Positions 10,193 through 18,889 of a stretch of DNA of 64,000 nt are shown one piece after another; positions within the stretch are counted from its first letter, which is position 1, and each line of letters opens with the position of its first letter. The translations under genes and the position numbers were made by a program. A model generated the notes under the pieces. The model was given only the letters and a program-made list of their open reading frames with translations. It was not told where the DNA came from and searched no databases. Source of the DNA: Patescibacteria group bacterium (lineage in GTDB: Bacteria > Patescibacteriota > Patescibacteriia > 2-01-FULL-39-33); contig JBAZKF010000001.1 of the NCBI GenBank assembly GCA_041650895.1, positions 573,181-637,180 on the forward strand, in the 5' to 3' direction.

Positions 10193-10792
10193 TTAATTAC
10201 CATATTTTTTATAACAGTCATCTTTATCATTTTTATAATATTCGTTTACGCTGTCTGCACGGCCAGAATAAAGAGAGCAATCATTACTAGGATCAACAAT
10301 CCACATAGACCTACAAAAACTTTCACCAAGCACTCCATTAGCTAGGCAATCATTAAGGTTTAAACTAATTTGATTGGCCTGGTTCTTACATGCATTGGCC
10401 CAATTTTGAGAATAATTGTAACTAGCCACAGATAAACATAAACTTAACTTATTCTCCCTTTCTTGTTCAGCCTGTTGTTGAACAGCTGCCGCTGCCCTTG
10501 CTTCTGAAGCTGCTTTTGCTTTAGCCACTTCTGCTTCTGAAACTGCTTTTGCTTTAGCCACTTCTGCTTCTGAAACTGCTTTTGCTTTTAATGCTTCAGC
10601 CTCATTATTTTTTACTTCAAGTTCCACATCTTTTTGCTGAGTCTCAACAGCAGCCCTTGCGTCTTCTCTTTTTTGTGTTTCAGCCGCTGCATTAAGCTTA
10701 CTTACTTCCGTCATATAATAAAATCCACCCAGAATTGTACATGCTGATACAATACTAACCGGTAAAATTAATTTATGTAGATCTATTTTCAT
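10193..10792 (-). CDS. Membrane-anchored coiled-coil protein with KAKAVSEAEVA tandem repeats
   Basis: N-terminal TM, Ala/Glu/Lys-rich repeats, Cys-containing C-terminal domain. Confidence 0.5.
   Translation of the reverse strand: MKIDLHKLILPVSIVSACTILGGFYYMTEVSKLNAAAETQKREDARAAVETQQKDVELEVKNNEAEALKAKAVSEAEVAKAKAVSEAEVAKAKAASEARAAAAVQQQAEQERENKLSLCLSVASYNYSQNWANACKNQANQISLNLNDCLANGVLGESFCRSMWIVDPSNDCSLYSGRADSVNEYYKNDKDDCYKKYGN
10501..10599. repeat. 3 x 33-bp tandem repeat inside coiled-coil gene
   Basis: cttctgaaRctgcttttgctttagccacttctg repeated three times head-to-tail. Confidence 0.8.
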
Positions 10793-10796
10793 ATTA

Positions 10797-10967
10797 TCAT
10801 TTAATTAATTTATCCAAATCTTCTTTTTTAATTCTCCATTCACGGCCAAGTATCTTGGAGGCCTTGATCTTGCCACTTTTTATATATCTAAAAATTGTCC
10901 TTTGATGAACCTTTAAAATATCGGCTACTTCTTGAGTTGTATATAATATATGTTCTTGTTTTTTCAT
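10797..10967 (-). CDS. Helix-turn-helix excisionase-like DNA-binding protein (56 aa; below ORF-track size cutoff)
   Basis: MKKQEHILYTTQEVADILKVHQRTIFRYIKSGKIKASKILGREWRIKKEDLDKLIK; MerR/Xis-type HTH; found by manual translation. Confidence 0.55.
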   Translation of the reverse strand: MKKQEHILYTTQEVADILKVHQRTIFRYIKSGKIKASKILGREWRIKKEDLDKLIK

Positions 10968-10973
10968 AGTATA

Positions 10974-11210
10974 TTATTTTTCAATGCCGTTGTCTCTTAA
11001 GCATTTTTTATAATTATTATCATAATCTTGCTCTAGTTGTTTAAATTCTTCGAAAGCCTGATCTAGACCACCATTAGTATTAATTTGCATAACCTTAACA
11101 CTGCAATCTTTCCTAATTTGAGTAGGTCTCCACTGGAACCAATAAAATAATCCTCCACCTACAATAACCATTAATAAAATTATTATCCAATACTGTTTTA
11201 ATTTTTGCAT
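10974..11210 (-). CDS. Small membrane protein (78 aa)
   Basis: ORF track; N-terminal TM. Confidence 0.4.
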   Translation of the reverse strand: MQKLKQYWIIILLMVIVGGGLFYWFQWRPTQIRKDCSVKVMQINTNGGLDQAFEEFKQLEQDYDNNYKKCLRDNGIEK

Positions 11211-11219
11211 ATATTATTC

Positions 11220-11681
11220 TTATTCATATTGTGAAACTAAATCGGTATAAAAATCATCTTTAAAACTCAACCAATTATATTCTGAAGGGGTTACACTGGC
11301 TAATTCTAAAGATTCTCCAGTTAAATAATCAATTAACTCAAAAGATTTATAGAACTGAGAGTGATCATCTTTAAACGCTTCAAAAGAATACACATATAGA
11401 CATGAGTTTCTACTAGAGCTATAAAAAATTTTATCAAGTTTATATTCTGCATAAACACCAGAAGACATAGCTATATCTTCCGCTCTTACTTTATCTTCTT
11501 TGTCCTGAAGTTTTTTTTCTATTTCATTAATATATTTTTGACACTCTTGTTTTTGTAAGAGTAAATAATTTTTCTTTTGATAATCTGCGTTATTAATTGA
11601 TGTTAAATAATAATATCCAACACCCAAGATAATACACCCCAATACAATACTAACCAGCAAAATCAATTTGTGTTTATCCAT
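11220..11681 (-). CDS. Hypothetical membrane-anchored protein (153 aa)
   Basis: ORF track; N-terminal TM. Confidence 0.4.
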   Translation of the reverse strand: MDKHKLILLVSIVLGCIILGVGYYYLTSINNADYQKKNYLLLQKQECQKYINEIEKKLQDKEDKVRAEDIAMSSGVYAEYKLDKIFYSSSRNSCLYVYSFEAFKDDHSQFYKSFELIDYLTGESLELASVTPSEYNWLSFKDDFYTDLVSQYE

Positions 11682-11691
11682 ATAATTTAAA

Positions 11692-12219
11692 TTATTTCTT
11701 GATATAATAACTACTAACTAATAAATCACCACCATCCTGCTTACAAATCCCTACTCCCACTTCTTTAAAATCTCCCAGCATAATCTCCTTATGACTTTCA
11801 CTCTCCATCCATCTATTAACTATTTCTTTTGGCTCATTAATATCTCTGGCTATATTTTCTCCTACCCCACCACTGATTCCTAGCTCACTTACAAAATCCA
11901 CCATATTCCTACCTTCTCTGTCGTGGTCAAAATAATCGTATTTAATCATGTCCTCGCAGTGATCTTGCCCTGCTCTCGATAGTAATCGGTTGTACTTTAA
12001 TATCGGCAATCCTTGTTCTTTTCTTACTTGGTTTATTTGATTAAATATCTCAACTCCTATTACCTTAGTATCACTACTACGCTTCATCCTCTGGTAATCG
12101 TGCAAAGCCAACGTGCCTATAACGATTACAAATAAAGCAGTCCAGATTATTAAGAATATTTTAAATGATTTATTAGACTTCATTAATATTTCTATTTGTT
12201 TTTTTATTCTTAACCCCAT
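11692..12219 (-). CDS. CAP/SCP (cysteine-rich secretory protein) domain protein, membrane-anchored
   Basis: N-terminal TM; GENIARD..PKEIVNRWMESESHKEIMLGDFKEVGVG resembles CAP/YkwD domain signature. Confidence 0.55.
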   Translation of the reverse strand: MGLRIKKQIEILMKSNKSFKIFLIIWTALFVIVIGTLALHDYQRMKRSSDTKVIGVEIFNQINQVRKEQGLPILKYNRLLSRAGQDHCEDMIKYDYFDHDREGRNMVDFVSELGISGGVGENIARDINEPKEIVNRWMESESHKEIMLGDFKEVGVGICKQDGGDLLVSSYYIKK

Positions 12220-12469
12220 TAATCAACTTGTTTAAATCTTTTTTTGGTATTATTGGGCAAGACTCCCCCCATCTCCAAGTTCCCTTTGTCTTACCAATTT
12301 GACCAATTATATAATAGCCGATCCTGTATTCAATATCTCCTTCTTTCCAAGAATGGGGATATGCCAACTTACCTTCAAAAAATACTTTTCTAAATTTTTC
12401 AACAACAAATACTTTTTCTGGTAAATTTGTTTGTTGTAAAAAAGACCAACCATCTCTAATAAAAAACAT
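12173..12469 (-). CDS. Hypothetical protein (98 aa), overlaps upstream gene by 47 nt
   Basis: ORF track only. Confidence 0.25.
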   Translation of the reverse strand: MFFIRDGWSFLQQTNLPEKVFVVEKFRKVFFEGKLAYPHSWKEGDIEYRIGYYIIGQIGKTKGTWRWGESCPIIPKKDLNKLINGVKNKKTNRNINEV

Positions 12470-12705
12470 TTTTCCCTTTCGACCGATATCGTCAATTACA
12501 AAATATAGATAATTTGGAATTCGCTTTCCCGCTTTTATTTTTTCTACATAATCTATCCTGTTCTTCCTTGAATTGAGCTTCTTTTCTATATATAAACTGC
12601 CGAGCCGTCTCCATATTTATGTTATTTAATGTATATATCAATTGTATCATATTGTCATACTATGTCAAATAGAGTTTTCCCCTGTTTTTCCAAGGTTTTC
12701 CAAGA

Positions 12706-13041
12706 TTAAAATCTACCACTTTCCACCATTCCCTTATATCTTCTACACCTATATTCTAAGTTTAAGCACGTCCTACAGCCTAGAATCTGGCTTACAGGGT
12801 GCTTATAAAGCTTTCCTGCCCTATATCCGCATAATGGGCATTTGAACCAGAATCTAAGCCCTTTGTAGTTAGTTTGACTGGTTATTAGCCCGATCTGTAG
12901 GCCATCCGCCTCAATCTCCGAGCTGATCGCCATTTCCTTTAGCTGTTCTTTAACTCCTTTGAGATACTTGGATATATCAATACTTTGGCATTGTTCGACT
13001 AAATATTTTTTTCCTAAATTATTTGGGGTTGATTGTTTCAT
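12706..13041 (-). CDS. Zinc-ribbon containing hypothetical protein (111 aa)
   Basis: CPLCGYRAG...GCRTC. Confidence 0.4.
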   Translation of the reverse strand: MKQSTPNNLGKKYLVEQCQSIDISKYLKGVKEQLKEMAISSEIEADGLQIGLITSQTNYKGLRFWFKCPLCGYRAGKLYKHPVSQILGCRTCLNLEYRCRRYKGMVESGRF

Positions 13042-13045
13042 GGTG

Positions 13046-13075
13046 TTGACAAATTATTGGTTATGTGATAAATAT
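13046..13075 (+). promoter_or_regulatory. Putative promoter (TTGACA-17-TAAATA) for 13117 ORF in divergent control region of element
   Basis: ttgacaaattattggttatgtgataaata followed by RBS aggagga and ATG. Confidence 0.4.
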
Positions 13076-13116
13076 AAGATATCGTTCATTAGCCAAAACG
13101 TAGGAGGAGATAAGAC

Positions 13117-13356
13117 ATGCGTAGTGACATGGTTGTTGTGGTTTTTTCTAACAGTGAAGAATTTGAAGAGATTAGAACCGTTGGTCCATTTGATAATGTT
13201 CCACACTACGATCCCAAATCTGCTGATAGTTTTTTACAATCAAAGGGATTTAGAAAAGATGGAAAGCATTATTTTCGTTATGAATCTACTACCTGTGATT
13301 ATAAATATGCAATAATGTCTGCAGTTAGAGCTCCCAATCTTGATCAAATCATATAA
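13117..13356 (+). CDS. Hypothetical protein (79 aa)
   Basis: Strong RBS aggagga; only plus-strand gene of element. Confidence 0.4.
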   Translation: MRSDMVVVVFSNSEEFEEIRTVGPFDNVPHYDPKSADSFLQSKGFRKDGKHYFRYESTTCDYKYAIMSAVRAPNLDQII

Positions 13357-13386
13357 CCCCCCACCGACTGGGGGTTTTATTTTTGT

Positions 13387-14022
13387 CTATTTCTTATTAA
13401 ACTCTTGATTCTGGCTAATAAAAGCATTCTTAGTCTTTACGTTGATATTCATGCTCGGTTGCTTCAATTGCCTTAATGTTTCTAGGGCGGTTAAAAAATG
13501 CCTATTAGCCCGATCAATCTCCTTACTTGCTATTCCCATCATGCCATTTCCCTCAGAAGATATATACTCCGAATCCTTAAGACAAAGAAGCTTCTTGGAA
13601 TATGTTAGATTACGAGCATACGCCCCTATTATCATATCAACTAGGGCTTTTTCACTATAAGTACTACAATTATATTCTTTAATCAAACCTCGTCTTAAAT
13701 TCATTACTAACCCTCTATATCTTGCTTCTACTGCCTCAACCATCGATAAATCATTATCTAAGCCACAATCAATATTGAGCCGAGATATTAACTCTAATTC
13801 TTCCTCGCTAAGATCACTAATGTTTTTCCCCTCTATATGGATCTTTGGTATTATGCTTTTACTCGCCCTGTCTAGAGTATACCTTGGATCACAGTCATAA
13901 GTTCCATTTTTTAATATAAGATCTTTGGTTATTTTACGTGCCTCGCCACTCTTTACCTTGACTGCCCATTCTTCCAACTCTTTTTGCTGGCTAACAGTTA
14001 AAGCTTTAGTTGTTTTCTTCAT
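13387..14022 (-). CDS. Hypothetical protein (211 aa)
   Basis: ORF track; followed 4 nt later by primase gene. Confidence 0.4.
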   Translation of the reverse strand: MKKTTKALTVSQQKELEEWAVKVKSGEARKITKDLILKNGTYDCDPRYTLDRASKSIIPKIHIEGKNISDLSEEELELISRLNIDCGLDNDLSMVEAVEARYRGLVMNLRRGLIKEYNCSTYSEKALVDMIIGAYARNLTYSKKLLCLKDSEYISSEGNGMMGIASKEIDRANRHFLTALETLRQLKQPSMNINVKTKNAFISQNQEFNKK

Positions 14023-14026
14023 AAAT

Positions 14027-16282
14027 TTAGTTAAAATAAGCTAACGTATCTTGAATTACATTGGACTGATTATCTACTGCATTATTCACCCCCGGGTCGT
14101 CTCCACTATAGTTTTGATCGGTAATCTCCTCAATTATAATGGCATTATCAGCTGATTCTGTTTGATTTGAAACTATAGTGTAGTTGGCCGTAGGGTAAAT
14201 AAGCGACTTCCGTTTATCTTTGGGGTCATTGTGCTCTTGGACTATAAGCCCAGCCGATTCAAGGGCGGGCAAAACCTGTAATCTTAGGTTATTGTTATCA
14301 ATATTTCTCCCATAAACATCTAAATGCTTTCGGCATAACTCCTGCCTACTTAACCCTAAAGCACCATCTACGGCCTCTTGATAGCTAATATCGCCATTTA
14401 ACTCCTGCCAAAGCTTTAAAATCACATCATTATAGAAGTCATAAATATAGGGGGGCAAATTCAACTCCTGAACAACTGATACTTTCTCCCAAACATCAAA
14501 GGCCACATCAATATCCTCGCTATTGGCTATAATCATTGATCCTTCCTTTTTCCGCCACCACAGGTTAAGAAGAGCATGGGCTTTTATAAGAGAAATAAGT
14601 TTTTTAATATCTCTCTGATGTCGGGGCTTAAGAACCTTATTTTTGTCAAAAAAACGCTTTTTTATTGTGCCATCATCCTCAATCTTAATATCTACAATAT
14701 ATTCGCTTCGAATAGCTAAAATCCTCTCTTTTAACAGCTTCCTTTCGGGGTCATTATCAAGCCATTTTCTGAACTCATCCTTGTTGGTTTCTTTAATGAT
14801 AGTTTGACTAATACCCTCCCTGATTTTGTCTTGATTAATCTCTGGACTTAATAGGAAAAACCTTGAGGCCTCTTGCTCGTCAATCTTAAGTCCTGTCGTG
14901 CAAAAGATAACCGATGGATAACCAATTAGCTTAATGTTCTTAACCTTTAATCCACCCTTCTGACTCTTATCTGTAATCTTTAATTCAATAACCTTTTTAT
15001 CGTGGGAGAGAAACGGCCTTAACTTGCTCAACAGATCATTATGTGGCTGATCCAAGAAGGTGATAATCTTTCTGGAAAAATCTACTGTAATACAATTAGT
15101 TTCCTTATCATATTCGCCTGATTCGTGGAAAAAGGCGGTGGGTGAGCAATATGCTAATTCCCTGACATCCTCTTTGGGAAATAACTTGGCGATCTCCATT
15201 GGAATATAACTTTTGCCAGTTGAAGATGGGGCATTAAAACTGATATTGAATTGCGAATCTTCGGTATAAGCCGATAATAAACAAAGAAAAGTAATAATTT
15301 TATTGGTTTGGTCATATTTGATAGTTAAATTCAAAGTCTCCGCTAAATCCTTAACATTCAACGGCTTAAATTTATCCGTATTGATTCCCTCCTTAACTAT
15401 GCTCGCGTATTTGTCGAACAAGTCATCAATGCCATTGGTATATTTGATAAAGTAATCAGTAATATCTCCCTTGTCTCCCAAATCTGCTGGGAGATTGATT
15501 TGATAGACTTCTGTTTTAGTCAAAATCTCCGTCATTTCAATCACCCTTTGAGCACCACTCTTACCAGCTACATCATTATCAAAACAGACATATATTTTCT
15601 TAAACTTTCTCAATTTCTCAATCCATTCTGACTTAAATGTGCCCGCCCCGTGGGTTGATGTGATAGCAGGCACCCCCTTGGATAATAATACCAATCTATC
15701 CAACTCCCCCTCGCAAATCACTATTAAATCATCATCCTTTTGGAGCGAATCCCAATCATAGATCTGGGCTTTGCCATTTGGATATGTCATTTTATCACTT
15801 CCATCCTTTGGATCTTGTCTTAACTTAAAAAAAGCGTAATCACCTAACTCATCTTTGATGGGTATGGTGATCCAATTTTTGCTATAAAAAGTACCATAAC
15901 CAAGTTTGAAATTGTTTATGGTAAAATTATCAATACCTCGCTTATTAAGGTATTCTCTAATATTATCTGGTAATGCCAGATGGCATCTCTCAACTAATCC
16001 GGGGTTGAATTTTCTATTCTGAGTTGATTTGTTTTGACTAAAAACAGGTTTATCTAAGTCATCATTGAAGTGCTTGAATAAAGTAATTAAGTTGCCTTTT
16101 TCAAGGCATTTTTTACATTCGTATTGGCCAGTTTCCTTATTAAAGTATAAGTGTAATTCATTGGGCTGGCTATCTTTGTCGCAATCATTAAACAGGCACT
16201 TAGTAATTAGTTCGTTGCCCCTTTCAGTATAATTAACGCCTTTTTGGTTTAAGTATTCTTTAATAGTAATATCTTTATTCAT
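14027..16282 (-). CDS. DNA primase (CHC2 zinc finger + Toprim) fused to C-terminal P-loop/helicase-like domain
   Basis: N-term C..C...H....C..C zinc finger, Toprim VICEGELD...FDNDVAGKSG, later NAPSSTGKSY P-loop-like. Confidence 0.7.
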   Translation of the reverse strand: MNKDITIKEYLNQKGVNYTERGNELITKCLFNDCDKDSQPNELHLYFNKETGQYECKKCLEKGNLITLFKHFNDDLDKPVFSQNKSTQNRKFNPGLVERCHLALPDNIREYLNKRGIDNFTINNFKLGYGTFYSKNWITIPIKDELGDYAFFKLRQDPKDGSDKMTYPNGKAQIYDWDSLQKDDDLIVICEGELDRLVLLSKGVPAITSTHGAGTFKSEWIEKLRKFKKIYVCFDNDVAGKSGAQRVIEMTEILTKTEVYQINLPADLGDKGDITDYFIKYTNGIDDLFDKYASIVKEGINTDKFKPLNVKDLAETLNLTIKYDQTNKIITFLCLLSAYTEDSQFNISFNAPSSTGKSYIPMEIAKLFPKEDVRELAYCSPTAFFHESGEYDKETNCITVDFSRKIITFLDQPHNDLLSKLRPFLSHDKKVIELKITDKSQKGGLKVKNIKLIGYPSVIFCTTGLKIDEQEASRFFLLSPEINQDKIREGISQTIIKETNKDEFRKWLDNDPERKLLKERILAIRSEYIVDIKIEDDGTIKKRFFDKNKVLKPRHQRDIKKLISLIKAHALLNLWWRKKEGSMIIANSEDIDVAFDVWEKVSVVQELNLPPYIYDFYNDVILKLWQELNGDISYQEAVDGALGLSRQELCRKHLDVYGRNIDNNNLRLQVLPALESAGLIVQEHNDPKDKRKSLIYPTANYTIVSNQTESADNAIIIEEITDQNYSGDDPGVNNAVDNQSNVIQDTLAYFN

Positions 16283-16293
16283 ACATTTTAATT

Positions 16294-16539
16294 TTATTTT
16301 TTTAACATACCTTTAATTGTTCGCAAAGCATCTTCCAGATTCTTACTATTAATCCTTAATTCTCCATTAATGTGTTGGTTAATAATTCGTTTACACCTCT
16401 CCTCATCTTCAAAAATCCAGTGTAATACTCCTCTGTCATCCCATTCAGTATTTTCTAATTTTTGGCCCCTTCCATACAATAACGAGGCATAAAAAAAATC
16501 CTTTTCTTCATAATAAGGCACATACTTAATCTTGTTCAT
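16294..16539 (-). CDS. Hypothetical protein (81 aa)
   Basis: ORF track. Confidence 0.35.
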   Translation of the reverse strand: MNKIKYVPYYEEKDFFYASLLYGRGQKLENTEWDDRGVLHWIFEDEERCKRIINQHINGELRINSKNLEDALRTIKGMLKK

Positions 16540-16743
16540 AGTTTTGTTTATTAATTTTTAAATTTTGATATAAATCTTCAGGGGATACTAAAAAACTAAG
16601 AGCTCTATAGATTTTCCTATCTAATTCTTCTGGTGAAATTTCGATTTGTTCGTAACTAATTTCAATATTTCTGTACATAAAAAAAGCCACAATATATCTC
16701 AATTGTAGCTTCTATAACTATTTCAGTATAAGAAATTAAGTGA

Positions 16744-17514
16744 TTACACTTCTTTTTTTCTTTTATTGATTAAAGATATAATACTTGATATATCTTGATA
16801 GCCAAGATCTCTTTTAAATTTATCATTAACTAGTTTTGCAATCTCCTTCCTTGGTTTTTCTTGGATACTACTTATATAATCGTACATTTTAACAGTATTA
16901 GCGTCTTTATCTCTAAATTTACCAATTTTTATATTACTTCTCCTATGCCTTTTTTGTAGTTCCTTAATCTTCTCGTCATTTTTTTTAATAAAATCAACGA
17001 TCTCATTTTGACTAGCATAGGGGCTAATTCCAATAGATATTGGATATTCTAAGTCTTGTAGGTATTCTAACGCATCATTTTCTTCATATTCTTCTTTAGT
17101 AATTCTTTCTTTTATTCGTTCTTTATCCTTACATCTTCTCAGCCACATTTTATCTAATAGTATACATAGATCCCAACTCCTTATTGTGATTGGTTTGTTA
17201 TAAACAATAAAAAAGTATACCTCGGCATAAAGAGATGATCTACCCAATCCCTTTTTTATACAAAAATCTTGGACATTAACTAAAATAGTTTTATTGTCAT
17301 TTTCACTACCTATTCCTTTCAACCTCCACTCAACTGGCAAACTAAAGGGGGAATTATAATTATTAGGCGTAGTAAGGCCTGTTTGTGGTATTTGATATTT
17401 TTCTCTCAACTGCAATACCATTTGATTAAACTCGTCCGATTTTAACAATTCTATAGTGTAGTTATTAATATTCTTTATTCCTTTTGTAATTTTGTTGTCT
17501 TTTTCCATATACAT
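16744..17514 (-). CDS. Hypothetical protein (256 aa), first gene at right end of element
   Basis: ORF track. Confidence 0.4.
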   Translation of the reverse strand: MYMEKDNKITKGIKNINNYTIELLKSDEFNQMVLQLREKYQIPQTGLTTPNNYNSPFSLPVEWRLKGIGSENDNKTILVNVQDFCIKKGLGRSSLYAEVYFFIVYNKPITIRSWDLCILLDKMWLRRCKDKERIKERITKEEYEENDALEYLQDLEYPISIGISPYASQNEIVDFIKKNDEKIKELQKRHRRSNIKIGKFRDKDANTVKMYDYISSIQEKPRKEIAKLVNDKFKRDLGYQDISSIISLINKRKKEV

Positions 17515-17595
17515 TTACATATTATTGCCCTAATTCTACCCCAATCTCTCAATTATCTCAAATCTGACTACCTCACCATTGTACACGCCATTGGC

Positions 17596-18273
17596 GTGTC
17601 GCTGGTAGGCGGCGGTGCCTGGCCGCGTCCGGGGGAAATCTCCCTGGCGCATCGTGGTGTATTGTTTCTGGATGAATTCCTGGAGTTCCCTAAGACTGTT
17701 CTGGAGAATCTGCGCCAACCGCTGGAAGACGGATTAATCAATGTTTCCCGCGCCGCCGGCACCTTGCGCTTTCCCGCTAAATTTATCCTGACCGCTGCGC
17801 TTAATCCTTGTCCCTGCGGTTATCTGACTGACCCGGAAAAAGAATGCACTTGTTCGGCCGCAGAAATATTACGCTATACCAAACGCGCTTCCGGACCACT
17901 TATGGACAGAATTGACATGCATCTGGAAGTGCCGCGAATAAAATTTGAAGAACTCTCCGGCAATAGCAACAGCGAACCGTCAGCGACGGTGCGTGGACGA
18001 GTCCAAAACGCTCGTGATATTCAATTAATCAGATTTAAAACGGAAAGAATATTCGCCAACAGTGAAATGTCTTCCGAACAAGTTAATATTTATTGTAAAA
18101 TTGACGAACCAGCTAAGCAACTTATCCGCCAAGCCGTAGAAAAATTGCGTTTATCTCCGCGCGTTTATTTCCGTATTCTCAAACTTACCCGCACTATTGC
18201 CGACTTGGAAGTTAGTGAAGAGATAAAGTGCGAACATATAGCCGAAGCCTTGCAATACCGGCCAAAAGAATAA
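17596..18273 (+). pseudogene. comM: comM/yifB 3-prime fragment (C-terminal AAA+ lid and Mg-chelatase C-terminal domain)
   Basis: [27 protein letters not shown]... matches YifB downstream of HHSAS; frame open upstream into element arm with no start. Confidence 0.85.
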
Positions 18274-18291
18274 CAAGATATAAAAAATACA

Positions 18292-18330
18292 AAAGCCGCC
18301 CTAACTTAGAGCGGCTTGTTTGTTTAAAAG
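18292..18330. terminator. Bidirectional terminator hairpin
   Basis: aagccgcc-ctaacttaga-gcggctt flanked by A/T runs. Confidence 0.55.
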
Positions 18331-18365
18331 AATCTTCACCGGTCATTATGAATTAACCATGCCCA

Positions 18366-18755
18366 CTAAGATGCTTTCTCTTCTTGACTCTCTGAATCAT
18401 CCGGTGACGCACCAGTAGCAGAAGATGCCTTTCCTTTTTTCCCTGCCGTGACAGGTAATGGTGAGGATAACGGGTACTCCTGCTGAGACTTGCCCAACTC
18501 CGGTACCGCAGCGGAAGTAAATCGACCGGCAAAACTAAGCTCGCCGACATGCCTCCGCGTGATTCCGTCATGTTCCCGGTCATTCGGCTTGGGCACATAA
18601 AGCTCAGCGGAGTTATTCCGTTGGCAATGCGGACAAATAATTTCCAGCTTGACTGTTTCCATGTGCTTAGCGTCAGCAACGAAGGTCTGAAAGGCATTAG
18701 CCGGAGTCATTACAAACAACTTATTACAATCACCGCACAGAATCTGAATCGCCAT
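18366..18755 (-). CDS. Zinc-ribbon protein (129 aa)
   Basis: CGDC...CPHC pairs; alternative overlapping frame 18353..18697 judged spurious. Confidence 0.45.
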   Translation of the reverse strand: MAIQILCGDCNKLFVMTPANAFQTFVADAKHMETVKLEIICPHCQRNNSAELYVPKPNDREHDGITRRHVGELSFAGRFTSAAVPELGKSQQEYPLSSPLPVTAGKKGKASSATGASPDDSESQEEKAS

Positions 18756-18889
18756 GGTTTTCTCCTTCTTTTTTTCGGTTGAGTTGACTGTACTTTAAGG
18801 TTCTATATTGAATATCCAATTTTAGCAGATTAACTTTAAACTGTCAAGGGACTGCCTGTCATAACCTACAGCGCATAATAAACAATAAA

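Larger units (their letters stand above)
5849..17598. mobile_element. ~11.75 kb integrated element (integrative mobilizable/satellite-like element) inserted in comM; delimited by 7-bp direct repeat TGGCGTG (5842-5848 and 17592-17598)
   Basis: Joining flanks regenerates uninterrupted comM ([13 protein letters not shown], same spacing as E. coli YifB); large serine recombinase at left end; element arms gctagtacaatactgagg / cctcaccattgtacacgc are imperfect inverted repeats (attP-like half sites); all element genes on minus strand. Confidence 0.75.

Noticed and set aside
17536-17762. Minus-strand ORFs 17536..17718 and 17568..17762
   Set aside because: They overlap the comM 3-prime fragment and the attR junction and have no RBS, so they are likely spurious.
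18353-18697. Alternative frame ORF overlapping the 18366..18755 zinc-ribbon gene
   Set aside because: It uses the same strand in a different frame. The 18366..18755 frame encodes paired CxxC motifs and is preferred.
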